In this document: in pieces, positions 10,397-20,629 of the stretch
How positions within the stretch are numbered: position 1 is the stretch's first letter
Layout: the number at the start of each line of letters is the position of its first letter
Assembly: GCA_039818205.1 (NCBI GenBank)
Contig: JBCBUK010000004.1
Location: 72,302 to 136,301 of the forward strand
Source of the DNA: Verrucomicrobiota bacterium
Lineage (GTDB): Bacteria > Verrucomicrobiota > Verrucomicrobiia > Opitutales > Cerasicoccaceae
Length of the DNA stretch: 64,000 nucleotides
Direction: 5' to 3'
Position numbers and translations under genes: made by a program
The notes under the pieces: model-generated
The model's input: only the letters and a program-made list of their open reading frames with translations
Databases searched by the model: none
Told to the model about the DNA's origin: nothing

Positions 10397-11710
10397 TCAA
10401 AGCTTTCGAACCATCACTTTCGAGGAGCGCTTGGTTTGCTCATACTTTTCCCGCCGCGCTTTAGGAAGATCTTTGGGTGAACCTTCTTCGAAGCCACCGA
10501 TGTCCTGGAAAAAGCGGGCGGTTTGGGTGCTTAGTGCGATGACCTTTTTATACCCGAGACGCTTAGCCTCCGATACGGCAAACTCTGTCAGCGTCTTGCC
10601 GACTCCTTTGCCTTGGTAGAAGGGTTGGACAAGAACTGCGGCAAGTTCCACGGACTTTGAGCCGGTTAACTTCTGCAAGCAACAGCAACCGATGATGCTT
10701 TCATCGACAACGTATACATAAAAGCCGTCTATTTGCTTGATGATCTCTTGCTTAGTTCGAGTGACGACTGCTTCGGTCCGATTGGCGGCATTGCGCAAGA
10801 TCTGGTAAATGGCAATCGCATCGTCGGCGACCGCTGGCCGGATCTGTTGATAGTCGTTGGCGTGGATCATGGTTCCGAGCCCAACCTTGTCAAAAATCTC
10901 GGTCAGCAAGCCGCTGAACACGCGGCCATCGAGGATATGCGCACGGGGGACGCCTGACTCGAGCGCAGCGCATGCACTGCGGGCCTTGCTAATCAAACGC
11001 GTATCGATATCCTCTGGGGACTTGTTCAACGTCTGTTGAAGCTCGTCCAGCGGAATATTGATAAGCGATTGACCATTAATGATCAGGCCGGGATGCGGTG
11101 TCAGGTAAATCAATTTCGAAGCGCTCATGCCGGTAGCGAGTTCGGTTGCCAATACATCCGAATTGACGCGCAAGGGTTCACCATCACGGGTAAAGCAAAT
11201 TGGGCTAAAGACCGGAACAATTTCTCGATCGAGCAGATCGTTGATCAACTGAAAATCGATTCGGTCAACCTTGCCCGTATGTTGATGGCTCACGCCTTTG
11301 ATTAGGCCGACCTCCGTGGCTCGAACCGCATTCGTTAGGGCGCTTTTGAGATTATGCCGGGTTAACTGCCGGACGACACTTTGCCCGACCTCTGCAGATG
11401 CCTTGGTGGCCAGACGCAGGGTTTCGTCGTCGGTAGGAGCGCTCCCGTGGGCATCGCTGATCGGAATGCCTCGCTCGGACGAGAGCGACTTTAACTGCCG
11501 GCCAATCCCATGCACCAAGACAACCCGGATGCTCAGGCTCTTGAGAACCGCCAAATCCGTTATTACGTTGCCGAAATTATCGTCATCGACCACGGAGCCA
11601 TCGATGGCCACCACGAAGATTTGCCCGCGAAACATTGGGACATACTCAAGGATTCCCCGCAGGTCCGAGGGCTTCAATGAGGTCGTGGGTTGAGGTTCGA
11701 CGTCTTTCAT
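10397..11710 (-). CDS. argA: Amino-acid N-acetyltransferase (N-acetylglutamate synthase; AAK + GNAT domains)
   Basis: YVPMFRGQIFVV, VVLVHGIG, RAHILDGR..LLTEIF..GLGTMI kinase-like domain plus C-terminal GNAT (YQGKGVG). Start set at ATG 11710. Confidence 0.9.
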   Translation of the reverse strand: MKDVEPQPTTSLKPSDLRGILEYVPMFRGQIFVVAIDGSVVDDDNFGNVITDLAVLKSLSIRVVLVHGIGRQLKSLSSERGIPISDAHGSAPTDDETLRLATKASAEVGQSVVRQLTRHNLKSALTNAVRATEVGLIKGVSHQHTGKVDRIDFQLINDLLDREIVPVFSPICFTRDGEPLRVNSDVLATELATGMSASKLIYLTPHPGLIINGQSLINIPLDELQQTLNKSPEDIDTRLISKARSACAALESGVPRAHILDGRVFSGLLTEIFDKVGLGTMIHANDYQQIRPAVADDAIAIYQILRNAANRTEAVVTRTKQEIIKQIDGFYVYVVDESIIGCCCLQKLTGSKSVELAAVLVQPFYQGKGVGKTLTEFAVSEAKRLGYKKVIALSTQTARFFQDIGGFEEGSPKDLPKARREKYEQTKRSSKVMVRKL

Positions 11711-11794
11711 CCTTAGTATTCCTATGGTTTCAACGCTTTCGGTAAACGCTAAAAATCGCCGGCATTTTCGAACAAGGCACATTGTCCGTTTGCT

Positions 11795-12739
11795 TTGCGG
11801 GAGAAAGTTCTATTGATTGAAAGCGTGGGCAATGAAGCGACATTCGACGAACATGTGCACGGCTTCCTGACAACCATTGAGTTGGAGAAGGGCTTGGCTG
11901 CCCATACGACAGCTAGCTATGAGAGTGATTTGAAGCAGTTTGTCGCCTACCTCACGAAGAAAAAAGTAGCCACTTGGACCGATGTCCAGTCCCACCACCT
12001 GTCAGACTGGATTGGCTCGCTGAGCGATGAAGACTACGCGGTTTCGACCTTGGCGCGTAAACTCGCGGCGGTTCGGGGGATGTCGAGATATTTGGTTATC
12101 GAGAAAGTGCGGTCCGACGACTTTACCGATCTGGTGCACGGCCCGAAGCTGTCGCGTCGCCTACCGGGTTCACTTTCGCCAGAAGACGTTGATGCCTTAC
12201 TGAATGGACCGGATGAGTCCACGCCTCAAGGAATTCGTGACCGGGCCATGTTGGAACTGATGTATTCGAGTGGTCTCCGTGTCAGCGAGCTCTGTTCTTT
12301 GCTTATTCAGGACGTCGATCTCGAGAACGGAGTCGTCCGCGTTCACGGTAAGGGTTCTAAGGAGCGGATTGCACCGATTGGAGGAAAGGCGATCGAAGCC
12401 TTGGAACGATACTTCGAGGTGGGCCGACCGAAGTTAGTTAAACCACGAACCGGCAGTGACCTTTTTCTCAGTCAGTGGGGCAAGGCACTATCGCGAAAAA
12501 CCTTTTGGGTTATGATCAAAAAGACAGCGCGCCTCGCGGGAATTGAGCAAGATGTGAAACCCCACTTGCTACGGCATTCGTTTGCCACCCATCTTTTGGA
12601 GGGCGGGGCGGACTTGCGATCGATTCAAGAGATGTTGGGCCACGCGGATATCGCCACTACGCAAATCTACACCGCGGTTCGTAGCCAGGCCCTCGCCAAA
12701 GCACACGATGAGTTTCACCCCCGCAACCAGATCACCTAG
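11795..12739 (+). CDS. xerD: Tyrosine recombinase XerD
   Basis: EKGLAAHT..SY..DL N-terminus, RDRAMLELMYSSGLRVSEL, GKGSKER, PHLLRHSFATHLL.GGADLRSIQEMLGHADIATTQIYT, ..HPR end. True start may be GTG 11825. Confidence 0.88.
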   Translation: MREKVLLIESVGNEATFDEHVHGFLTTIELEKGLAAHTTASYESDLKQFVAYLTKKKVATWTDVQSHHLSDWIGSLSDEDYAVSTLARKLAAVRGMSRYLVIEKVRSDDFTDLVHGPKLSRRLPGSLSPEDVDALLNGPDESTPQGIRDRAMLELMYSSGLRVSELCSLLIQDVDLENGVVRVHGKGSKERIAPIGGKAIEALERYFEVGRPKLVKPRTGSDLFLSQWGKALSRKTFWVMIKKTARLAGIEQDVKPHLLRHSFATHLLEGGADLRSIQEMLGHADIATTQIYTAVRSQALAKAHDEFHPRNQIT

Positions 12740-12753
12740 CAGGTGAAGAATTG

Positions 12754-14421
12754 CTACTCGATTGCGACCTCCGGCGGGAGCGAGTAGCGAGAGCCCAGGG
12801 TGTTGTTGTCGGTGCGGATCTCGTCGCCTTGTTCGGTGCGAATGATGGACCCAATTTGCGCGCCACCGGGATTGATAAAATCGGAAATGGGAATCGAGAT
12901 CTCATGCTCCACCGATTCTCCCGGGAGTAGGGCAGTCAGATAGATTTCTTGAGTGTTCGCTGTGTTGCCAACCATCACGGTTAAAATCGGCGCCTCAACA
13001 GTTTCGGTTCCGCGGTTTTGAATCCCAACGCGAACCGGAACGCCATCCTCGGTGATGCCATCGATATCAAGAAAGTGATCGGAAACCGCTAGGTCGATGA
13101 TGCCGTCTTGGTCCGAGTTGATGAAGCGGCCAACATCCAGATAGCCGACACCGTAGTAGGCATCATTGCCCGGTTCACCGCGGTCATTCGCATTTGCCAG
13201 GACCAAGTCCGCGGCTTGCTGCGCAGTGAGATCAAACTCGGACATAGCCGCTGCAATGGCGGCGGTGACAATTGGTGTCGACGATGACGTGCCGCTAAAA
13301 CTCAGATTCACCTCGTTCGGACCCGCTGCGGTCACCCCGACCCCCGGGCCAGCAATGTCAGGATGGTTTCCATCAAGTCCAGCGTTGGGGAACTCCGCCC
13401 ATACGTTGTTCATGTCGACCGCGGTCACGCCGATCACTTCGTCGTAGGCCGCCGGGTACGCGATTTGGTCGACCCGTTCATTGCCAACGGCGGCAACCAC
13501 AACGACGCCCGAGGTGTCAGCGTAGGCAATGGCCTCGCGCACGGCGGGACTGTCACCAAAGCCACCCAGACTTAGGTTGATAATCGATGCCCCGCGTTCC
13601 ACCGCGTCGACAATCGATTGGGCAATAGTAAACGCATCACCGCCTTCTGCCCCGAGAGCCTGGTAGGCGATGATCTCAGCTTCTGGGCTCAAGCCACGGG
13701 TAAATCCGGGATCACCGTTACCAACGATTAAGGAGGTTACCGCCGTGCCATGGGCGCTCGATATCGGCTCATCGATCATTGGCACTCGGGTAATGTATGC
13801 GCCATTTAATGCGGGGTGGCTCTGGACTCCCGAATCAATCACGGCGATGCGAACGCCCGCACCCCACAGGCTGTTATCCTCATTCACTCCAATTGATAGT
13901 AGCCAATCATCGCCAAAGGGCAGCAGATACTGGCTAATTTCGGGCATATTGATCGGCTGCGGAAGCTGCACGGGAACATTAAAGGTTTGGCGAGCAATAC
14001 GGTCACCTAAGATACGGCTGAGAACGCCCGGGGACACATCGTTGGGCAGCCCGACGCGAATCATGCCAAGCGAAGAGATTGTGCCGCGAATATAAACACC
14101 AGCTTCGGTCAGTTGCTGGATTGCCTGATTGAGCGTTGCTTCATCCTCGAAGTGGAGAATGACCTCTCCAGGAATGACGCCTGAGGGATAGGAATAGGAA
14201 CCAGCGGGGACGAGGGCCGGGGATAGGCCAGAGCTCGATTTCTTAGACTGGGTTGATTGGCGCTGTGAGTCTTTGAGCTGCTCCTCGGCAATCGCCAGCG
14301 CTTCCGGTTTTTCAACTTGCTGATCCGACTCCAATGCCCGGTCACGCCCTATCCGCAAGGCGATTCCGATGCTGATTAGGAAAACGATCCCAAGAATGAT
14401 AATGCCGGTGTTTCGATTCAT
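12754..14421 (-). CDS. Membrane-anchored S8 (subtilisin-like) serine peptidase with C-terminal CARDB/Ig-like domain
   Basis: Catalytic triad motifs IAVIDSG, HGTAV, SGTSSSTP; N-terminal TM; C-terminal NRG...DNN signature. Confidence 0.88.
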   Translation of the reverse strand: MNRNTGIIILGIVFLISIGIALRIGRDRALESDQQVEKPEALAIAEEQLKDSQRQSTQSKKSSSGLSPALVPAGSYSYPSGVIPGEVILHFEDEATLNQAIQQLTEAGVYIRGTISSLGMIRVGLPNDVSPGVLSRILGDRIARQTFNVPVQLPQPINMPEISQYLLPFGDDWLLSIGVNEDNSLWGAGVRIAVIDSGVQSHPALNGAYITRVPMIDEPISSAHGTAVTSLIVGNGDPGFTRGLSPEAEIIAYQALGAEGGDAFTIAQSIVDAVERGASIINLSLGGFGDSPAVREAIAYADTSGVVVVAAVGNERVDQIAYPAAYDEVIGVTAVDMNNVWAEFPNAGLDGNHPDIAGPGVGVTAAGPNEVNLSFSGTSSSTPIVTAAIAAAMSEFDLTAQQAADLVLANANDRGEPGNDAYYGVGYLDVGRFINSDQDGIIDLAVSDHFLDIDGITEDGVPVRVGIQNRGTETVEAPILTVMVGNTANTQEIYLTALLPGESVEHEISIPISDFINPGGAQIGSIIRTEQGDEIRTDNNTLGSRYSLPPEVAIE

Positions 14422-14500
14422 TTTCTAATCACCTAACAAGATTGCAGTCATGACGATAGGAGAAGATTGACTATTGACGGATCAGAAGTATATTTAATGT

Positions 14501-14971
14501 ATGGTTGAAGCGAACTTAATAATCAGCTATCTCTTCTTCGGTGGACTCGCTGGCTTACTCGCGACCGCCGCGTTCTCTGGTTTGCTCTTTTTCTTCGAGC
14601 GAACCGGGATAACCAAAGGAAATATGGTAGTTGCGTTGGGAAGTCTTTTGACACATTCGCGACCGAGAGCTGCGCAAGTGGGTTTGATGATTCATTTGGT
14701 GTCCGGGATCTTTTTTGGCCTGCTTTACACCTGGGCGTTCATGGCCATCGGCATTTCAAGCGTTGGTGGATTGCTGTTGTTGGGCATTCTTTTTGGCATT
14801 CTGCATGGGACGATTGTTGCCGTTGGCTTGGTCGCTTCTGTTTCAGACTTTCATCCGCTGCCAGAGTTCCGCAATGCCACTTGGACCGTTGGGTTTTCTC
14901 ACGGATTGGCCCACATTGCCTACGGAGCCGTTATGGGAGTTGTTATTGGGCTTTCGGGTCTGGTTCATTAA
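14501..14971 (+). CDS. Four-TM membrane protein of unknown function
   Basis: Four hydrophobic segments with intramembrane His residues (IHLVSG, LHGT, SHGLAH). Confidence 0.75.
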   Translation: MVEANLIISYLFFGGLAGLLATAAFSGLLFFFERTGITKGNMVVALGSLLTHSRPRAAQVGLMIHLVSGIFFGLLYTWAFMAIGISSVGGLLLLGILFGILHGTIVAVGLVASVSDFHPLPEFRNATWTVGFSHGLAHIAYGAVMGVVIGLSGLVH

Positions 14972-15038
14972 TTGATAGAGTATGTTAAACCCACATTTGG
15001 TCGGAATAGTTTCACTTTCCTGGCAGGTGTTGCGTATC

Positions 15039-16361
15039 TTACGGAAGGAAGACAAATCCGATGAAAACCGCCGCAATGATCCAGGTGCCGATCGTCACGT
15101 CCTTTGCCCGGCCCGAGAATAACATGATGGCGCAGTAAAAGATCATTCCCGCCATGATCCCATGGGTGATGCTGAAGCTCAGCGGAATCAGCAAAGCAGT
15201 TAAGATAGCTGGGCCCACCTCAAGCAGGTCATCGAAAGCAATATGCTTGAGCCCCTGAGCCATGAATAGCCCAACCATGATCAGGGCGGGTGCGGTTGCC
15301 GCAGCCGGTATGATGGTCAACACAGGCGTCAAAAAGAGAGCGAGCAGAAAGCAGCATCCCACCACAACAGACGTCAATCCGGTTCGACCACCGGACTCGA
15401 TGCCCGTCGCCGACTCAATGTACGCCGTGGTTGTCGAAGTGCCCAACAGCGATCCTCCAATGGTCGCGAGCGCGTCCGCCGATAATGCGCGGTTTAATCG
15501 GGGCATCTCGCCGCGTTCATTCATGAGACCGCTTTGCCGACCGAGTGCGACCAGCGTCCCAAGCGAATCAAATAGATCCAAAATGAGCAATGTCGTGATG
15601 ACTGGCAGTGCTGTTTGCCACTCTTTAAACGGATAGAGCCAATCGAGTCCAAGGAAGGTTTGGCCAATACTGTCGGGCAAACCAACGATTCCCTTGGGAT
15701 GAGCGGTCAGGGTTCCGTCGCCGGATGGGATAAAGAGTCCCACGATGCTTAGCAGGAGAATGGTTCCGAAGATCGCGCCCGGAATCTTGCGCAGCGTGAG
15801 CACGGTGATCAAGACCAGGCCACCAAGCGCGAGTAGAGCCGGGGCTTGCATGAGGTCTCCCTCCGTTACCAGCGTCACTGGATTGCCAACGATGATACCT
15901 GCGTTTTTGAGACCGATGAACGCGATAAAAAAGCCAATGCCGCACTGGATGCCGATCTGCAAACAGTTCGGGAGGGATCGGATAATCGCAGCCCGCACTC
16001 CCGATACGGATAGCGCAAAAAAGATGAGTCCGTTCCAAAAAACCATCGAGAGCGCGCCCTCCCAAGGCACACCCATACCCACCACGACGATACTTGCGAA
16101 ATAACTGTTGAGCCCCATGCCAGGTGCCTGTGCGATGGGGTAGTTGGTCAGCGCCGCCATCAAAAAACAGCCCAAGGCCGCTGCCAGCGCGGTTACCGTG
16201 ATCAAACCTGGGAGATCCAAGCCGGTTTTCCCGCCATCGTGCAGGATGATCGGGTTGACCACGATGATATACGCCATTGCCGCAAAAGTCGTTAAGCCCG
16301 CTATTGTTTCCCGACTGACAGTTGTCCCGGCGGCTTCTAGTTTGAACCAGCGTTGTAGCAT
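15039..16361 (-). CDS. NCS2/AzgA-family purine permease
   Basis: AGLTTFAAMAYII.VNP, PIAQAPGMGLN, YIESATGIESGGRTGLT. Start set at ATG 16361. Confidence 0.92.
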   Translation of the reverse strand: MLQRWFKLEAAGTTVSRETIAGLTTFAAMAYIIVVNPIILHDGGKTGLDLPGLITVTALAAALGCFLMAALTNYPIAQAPGMGLNSYFASIVVVGMGVPWEGALSMVFWNGLIFFALSVSGVRAAIIRSLPNCLQIGIQCGIGFFIAFIGLKNAGIIVGNPVTLVTEGDLMQAPALLALGGLVLITVLTLRKIPGAIFGTILLLSIVGLFIPSGDGTLTAHPKGIVGLPDSIGQTFLGLDWLYPFKEWQTALPVITTLLILDLFDSLGTLVALGRQSGLMNERGEMPRLNRALSADALATIGGSLLGTSTTTAYIESATGIESGGRTGLTSVVVGCCFLLALFLTPVLTIIPAAATAPALIMVGLFMAQGLKHIAFDDLLEVGPAILTALLIPLSFSITHGIMAGMIFYCAIMLFSGRAKDVTIGTWIIAAVFIGFVFLP

Positions 16362-16542
16362 ACCCCAAACTTGAGAAATAATTAGCAACAGCGCAAAGAT
16401 GATTTCTTATCGGTAGGACTGTATCATTTTTAGTGGATAGCAATTAGGGTGTTTGCGTCATGTGATAGTAGGTAGGGTTGCTTTCTAGTAAAACTACGCT
16501 TGCGAATTTTCAACTTTATGAGCAGAACTCCCCGTTTCATCC

Positions 16543-17580
16543 ATGTTTAGCTTCTCGCAAATCGCGATCGAATCGCTCGCCTACGCCGTCCCACCCGAAG
16601 TTTGGTCGTCTGACGAAATCGAGAGTCGGCTCTCCGCTGTCTACGACCGTCTAAAATTGCCGGCTGGTCGATTAGAGTTGATGACCGGCATCCGTGAGCG
16701 CCGATTTTGGCCAGCGGACTATCCGCCGAGCTCCGCTTCGGCCGAAGCCGGGAAAAAAGCGCTTGAGCAGTCTCGATTCGACTCTGATGAGATCGACGTC
16801 GTGATTCACTGCGCGGTTTGTCGCGACCGGTTGGAGCCCGCAACGGCGAGTGCCGTACACGCCCATTTGGGACTCTCTCAAAATTGCCAGCTTTTTGATA
16901 TTTCCAATGCGTGCCTTGGCTTCATGAATGGTATCATGGTTGCCGGAGGTCTTATTGAAAGCGGACAGGCGAGGAGAGTCCTTCTCGTCTCGGGGGAAAA
17001 TGGTCGTCCCCTGATTGAGCGCACGCTGCGGCTATTGCTCGACGAATCCCAAACGCGCCAGAGTGTGAAACCCTATTTTGCCAATTTGACGATTGGCGCT
17101 GGAGCCGTCGCGGCAGTTGTTTGCCCAGCCGAAGAAGTTGCGGGTCCGCGCTTGCGGGTGACCAAGGGTGTGAGCGGCAGCGATTCATCGGCGAATAATC
17201 TATGTCAGGGAGATTCGACGATGGGCGAGCTGGATATGCAAACTGACTCCGAGGCTCTGCTTGAGTCGGGCGTAGGTTTGGCTCAGAAAACCTGGCAGCG
17301 TTTCCAGGCGCACACCGGTTGGACTCCTGAAACTCCGGACCGCATCATTTGTCACCAGGTCGGGCGCCGCCACCAGCGCGCCTTGTTTGAGGGGCTTGGT
17401 CTGCCGCTGGATAAAGACTTTTCGACCTATGAAGAGTGGGGAAATGTTGGTTCCGTTTCCCTCCCGTTGACCCTGGCAAAAGCCCGTGAGTCCGGCGCGC
17501 TTGGGCCGGGTTCGAAAGCAGCGCTGCTGGGAATTGGCAGCGGTTTAGTTTGTGCCATGATGGCCCTTGAATGCGATTAA
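16543..17580 (+). CDS. oleA: OleA-like thiolase-fold acyl-CoA condensing enzyme (FabH-like)
   Basis: LELMTGIRERRFW, EPATA, FDISNACLGF, ICHQVG, GNVGSVSLP, LLGIGSGL are characteristic of OleA; followed by an oleB-like gene. Confidence 0.8.
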   Translation: MFSFSQIAIESLAYAVPPEVWSSDEIESRLSAVYDRLKLPAGRLELMTGIRERRFWPADYPPSSASAEAGKKALEQSRFDSDEIDVVIHCAVCRDRLEPATASAVHAHLGLSQNCQLFDISNACLGFMNGIMVAGGLIESGQARRVLLVSGENGRPLIERTLRLLLDESQTRQSVKPYFANLTIGAGAVAAVVCPAEEVAGPRLRVTKGVSGSDSSANNLCQGDSTMGELDMQTDSEALLESGVGLAQKTWQRFQAHTGWTPETPDRIICHQVGRRHQRALFEGLGLPLDKDFSTYEEWGNVGSVSLPLTLAKARESGALGPGSKAALLGIGSGLVCAMMALECD

Positions 17581-17584
17581 GACG

Positions 17585-18454
17585 ATGCCAGAACTTCCTC
17601 CTAAGATTGGCTCCCTATATCCGTTTGAATCCCACTGGTTTGAAACGCCTGCGGGGCGTATGCATTACCTCGACGAAGGTATTGGCAAGCCGGTGATCAT
17701 GCTCCACGGCAACCCAACCTGGTCGTTCTTTTACCGGGATCTGATTAAAGATCTGCGCGGCCAATTCCGCTGCATTGCGCCTGACCACATTGGTTGCGGG
17801 CTGTCGGATAAGCCCCAGGACTGGGCCTATTATCTGCAGGGGCACATTGACAATCTGCATGCGCTCGTTGAGTCCCTGGATCTCAAGTCATTTTCGTTGG
17901 TTGTCCACGATTGGGGCGGAGCGATTGGCATGGGTCTGGCCGAAGCGATGCCCGATAAAGTTGACCGATTGGTTATCATGAACACTGCGGCCTACCGATC
18001 CCAGCGGATTCCTATGCGGATTGCGGTTTGTAAGTTGCCCGTGGTGGGTGAGTGGATCGTGCGCCAGTTTAATGCATTTGCGGGCCCAGCGGTGAAGATG
18101 GCGGTGAGTGAACCGATGCCCGATGGCGTTGCCGATGGCTTTCTTTTCCCCTACGACAACTGGCAAAACCGCATTGCGACGCATCGATTCGTGCAGGATA
18201 TCCCACTCAAGCCAGCCCACCCTAGCTATTCGACGCTGGTCCGGATTGAGGAAGCCTTGCCCAAGTTCAAGAGCCACCCGATGTTGCTGGTTTGGGGACG
18301 CCGCGATTTCTGTTTCAACGACCATTTTTTGAACGAATGGCGCGAACGCTTTCCGAGTGCACAAGAGAAGATATTTGACAATGCGGGCCATTATCTCCTC
18401 GAAGATGCAGGTGTTGATGCGCGAAATGCGATCAAGAAATTTTTAGAAAAGTAG
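17585..18454 (+). CDS. oleB: OleB-like alpha/beta hydrolase (beta-lactone decarboxylase / haloalkane dehalogenase family)
   Basis: YPFESHW, HGNPTWSFFYR, PDHIGCGLSDKP, VHDWGGAIG, AGHYLLED. Confidence 0.78.
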   Translation: MPELPPKIGSLYPFESHWFETPAGRMHYLDEGIGKPVIMLHGNPTWSFFYRDLIKDLRGQFRCIAPDHIGCGLSDKPQDWAYYLQGHIDNLHALVESLDLKSFSLVVHDWGGAIGMGLAEAMPDKVDRLVIMNTAAYRSQRIPMRIAVCKLPVVGEWIVRQFNAFAGPAVKMAVSEPMPDGVADGFLFPYDNWQNRIATHRFVQDIPLKPAHPSYSTLVRIEEALPKFKSHPMLLVWGRRDFCFNDHFLNEWRERFPSAQEKIFDNAGHYLLEDAGVDARNAIKKFLEK

Positions 18455-18457
18455 TTC

Positions 18458-19708
18458 ATGAGTCTCACCCTAGTCATCATTTTCCTGGTCTTGCTTTCGG
18501 CGAAGACTATCGCGGAGCTTTACCTGTCTCAACTGAATCGCAAAGAGGTCCAGGCCAACGCGGATCAAATCCCCGAGGCCTTTCGCGACGATATCGACGA
18601 AGAAACCTATCGAAAGTCGGTTAGGTACACGCTCGCGAAGAACGCTCATAATCGCATCGAGACCATTTACTCAGCGATCATCATTGGGCTAGTCGTCGCA
18701 ACCGGGTTTCTTGCCTGGCTTTTTGATGCGCTTACTGGCGTTTTGGGCACTGGAGTATGGGGACAGGCGTTGGTCCTGTTCTCGATGATGATTGTCCTCT
18801 ATTTGCCATCCATCCCATTCGACTACTACGATACCTTTGTCTTGGAGGAGAAGTTCGACTTCAACACGAGTAGCTTCGGGCTTTGGATTATGGACAAGGT
18901 TAAGGCCTTCATCTTTAGTGTCTTGATCGGTGTTCCAGTTTTAGCGCTGCTCTTTGCGATTTTTGATTGGTTACCGAATACTTGGTGGTTCTGGGGCTTT
19001 GTTGCGTTCTTCGTTATTCAACTGCTGTTGATGGTGCTTTACCCCCGCGTCATTGAACCCTTCTTTTATAAGCTGACGCCACTTGAAGATGGGCCATTGA
19101 AAGAACGTCTGCTCAAGCTGGGTGAGCGCGCTGGTTTTTCAGCAAATACGATTTTGGTGAAGGACGGAAGTACGCGCTCCAAACATTCCAACGCATACTT
19201 CACGGGTTTCGGACGCTTTCGCAAAATCGTGCTCTATGATACATTGGTAGAGCAGTTGGAACCCATTGAGCTGGAATCCGTATTAGCCCACGAGATTGGT
19301 CACTATAAGAAGGGGCACATTCCAAAGCTCCTGAGCATCTCGTTCATTACCGGCTTGGTTCACTTCGCCGTGATGGGCTGGTTGGCCACCCAGGTTTGGT
19401 TCTACAAGGGATTCGGTTTTGATCCCAGTTCCGGCATGGGGCCAATCCTGTTGCTATTCCTGATCCTTAGCTCATTGATCACGTTCTGGACGGGCCCGCT
19501 GTCCAATCGCTTGTCGCGCAAATACGAGTTTGAGGCTGATGCTTTCGCTCGCGCGTTGATGGGAGACGATCCACTGCCATTGGTGAAAAGCCTTCGCAAG
19601 CTCAACGAGAAGAACCTGGGCAACCTCACTCCGCATCCGACCTTCAGCAACTTCTATTACTCGCACCCAACCATTCAGGAGCGCGAAGCCGCCTTAAATG
19701 GGGCTTAG
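18458..19708 (+). CDS. M48 (Ste24-like) membrane metallopeptidase
   Basis: NAYFTGFG, LAHEIGH, EFEADAFA, YSHPT; multiple TM segments. Confidence 0.93.
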   Translation: MSLTLVIIFLVLLSAKTIAELYLSQLNRKEVQANADQIPEAFRDDIDEETYRKSVRYTLAKNAHNRIETIYSAIIIGLVVATGFLAWLFDALTGVLGTGVWGQALVLFSMMIVLYLPSIPFDYYDTFVLEEKFDFNTSSFGLWIMDKVKAFIFSVLIGVPVLALLFAIFDWLPNTWWFWGFVAFFVIQLLLMVLYPRVIEPFFYKLTPLEDGPLKERLLKLGERAGFSANTILVKDGSTRSKHSNAYFTGFGRFRKIVLYDTLVEQLEPIELESVLAHEIGHYKKGHIPKLLSISFITGLVHFAVMGWLATQVWFYKGFGFDPSSGMGPILLLFLILSSLITFWTGPLSNRLSRKYEFEADAFARALMGDDPLPLVKSLRKLNEKNLGNLTPHPTFSNFYYSHPTIQEREAALNGA

Positions 19709-19732
19709 TTGAGGGGAGCGATTTTTGTAGCG

Positions 19733-20611
19733 ATGAAGCAATGGGGACTAGTCTTATGGGTTCTCTTGCTGCCGTTGCTTGGCCTTGGAGAATCGCTACG
19801 GGTTGCGACCTACAACCTTAATAATTACTTGGACGTCGATCGCTGGGTCGATGGTCGCTATCGTAAAGATTATCCCAAGCCCGAATCCGAGAAAACCGCG
19901 CTCCGGGAGGTCATCCGAGGCGCCAATCCGGATGTGCTCGCCTTGCAAGAGCTCGGCGGCCCACTACACCTAGAAGAGCTACGGCAAGATCTCAAACGGG
20001 AGGGTCTAGACTATCCATATTCCGAGATTGTCGCGGGTAAGGACGACACTCGCTTTGTTGGTCTGCTTTCAAAGGTTCCTTTTGATGCGACCGCGCATAC
20101 GAATTTGTCGTTCAAATATTTCAACGAACGAGGCTATGTCCGACGAGGTATGCTTGAAGCCCGATTTGGTGAAGGAACGAATGCCTGGACGCTCTTTGTG
20201 GTCCATCTAAAAAGTCGTTGGACACAGCGCGACGATGATCCCGAAGCGGCAAAGTTTCGGGTTGGTGAGGCCCAGGCGGCTCGCAACCTGATTAAGAAAA
20301 AGTACCCGCCGTCAATCGCTCATCGGTATTTGGTCGTGGGGGACCTAAATGACACCAAGAACAGCTCGACGGTGAAGCGTTTCCTAAAAAGCGGGGATTC
20401 CAAACTCACAGAGCTCACCGAGACGCCAGATTCGCGTGGAGAGCGTTGGACTTTTCACTACCGAAGCGAGGACGTCTACGAACGGGTCGACTACATCCTG
20501 GCCTCGCCAGCTCTCCTGCCTGATGTAATGGGTGGGGCGACCTATGACGCCCAACCGGCAATCGGCGTGGCTAGTGATCACCGGTTGCTCTATGTGGATC
20601 TTAAACGCTAG
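19733..20611 (+). CDS. Secreted endonuclease/exonuclease/phosphatase family protein
   Basis: ATYNL, DVLALQE, VHLKS, GDLND, DYIL, SDH motifs; signal peptide. Confidence 0.88.
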   Translation: MKQWGLVLWVLLLPLLGLGESLRVATYNLNNYLDVDRWVDGRYRKDYPKPESEKTALREVIRGANPDVLALQELGGPLHLEELRQDLKREGLDYPYSEIVAGKDDTRFVGLLSKVPFDATAHTNLSFKYFNERGYVRRGMLEARFGEGTNAWTLFVVHLKSRWTQRDDDPEAAKFRVGEAQAARNLIKKKYPPSIAHRYLVVGDLNDTKNSSTVKRFLKSGDSKLTELTETPDSRGERWTFHYRSEDVYERVDYILASPALLPDVMGGATYDAQPAIGVASDHRLLYVDLKR

Positions 20612-20629
20612 CTTATCGCGGCAAGCAGA

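Noticed and set aside
10397..11710. GNAT domain as the acetyltransferase partner for the H1-like protein
   Set aside because: It is the C-terminal domain of a classical AAK-GNAT ArgA.
11795..12739. Tyrosine recombinase as a phage or integron integrase
   Set aside because: It has XerD-type motifs and length, no IntI-specific insertion, housekeeping neighbours, and lies 40 kb from the attC-like site.
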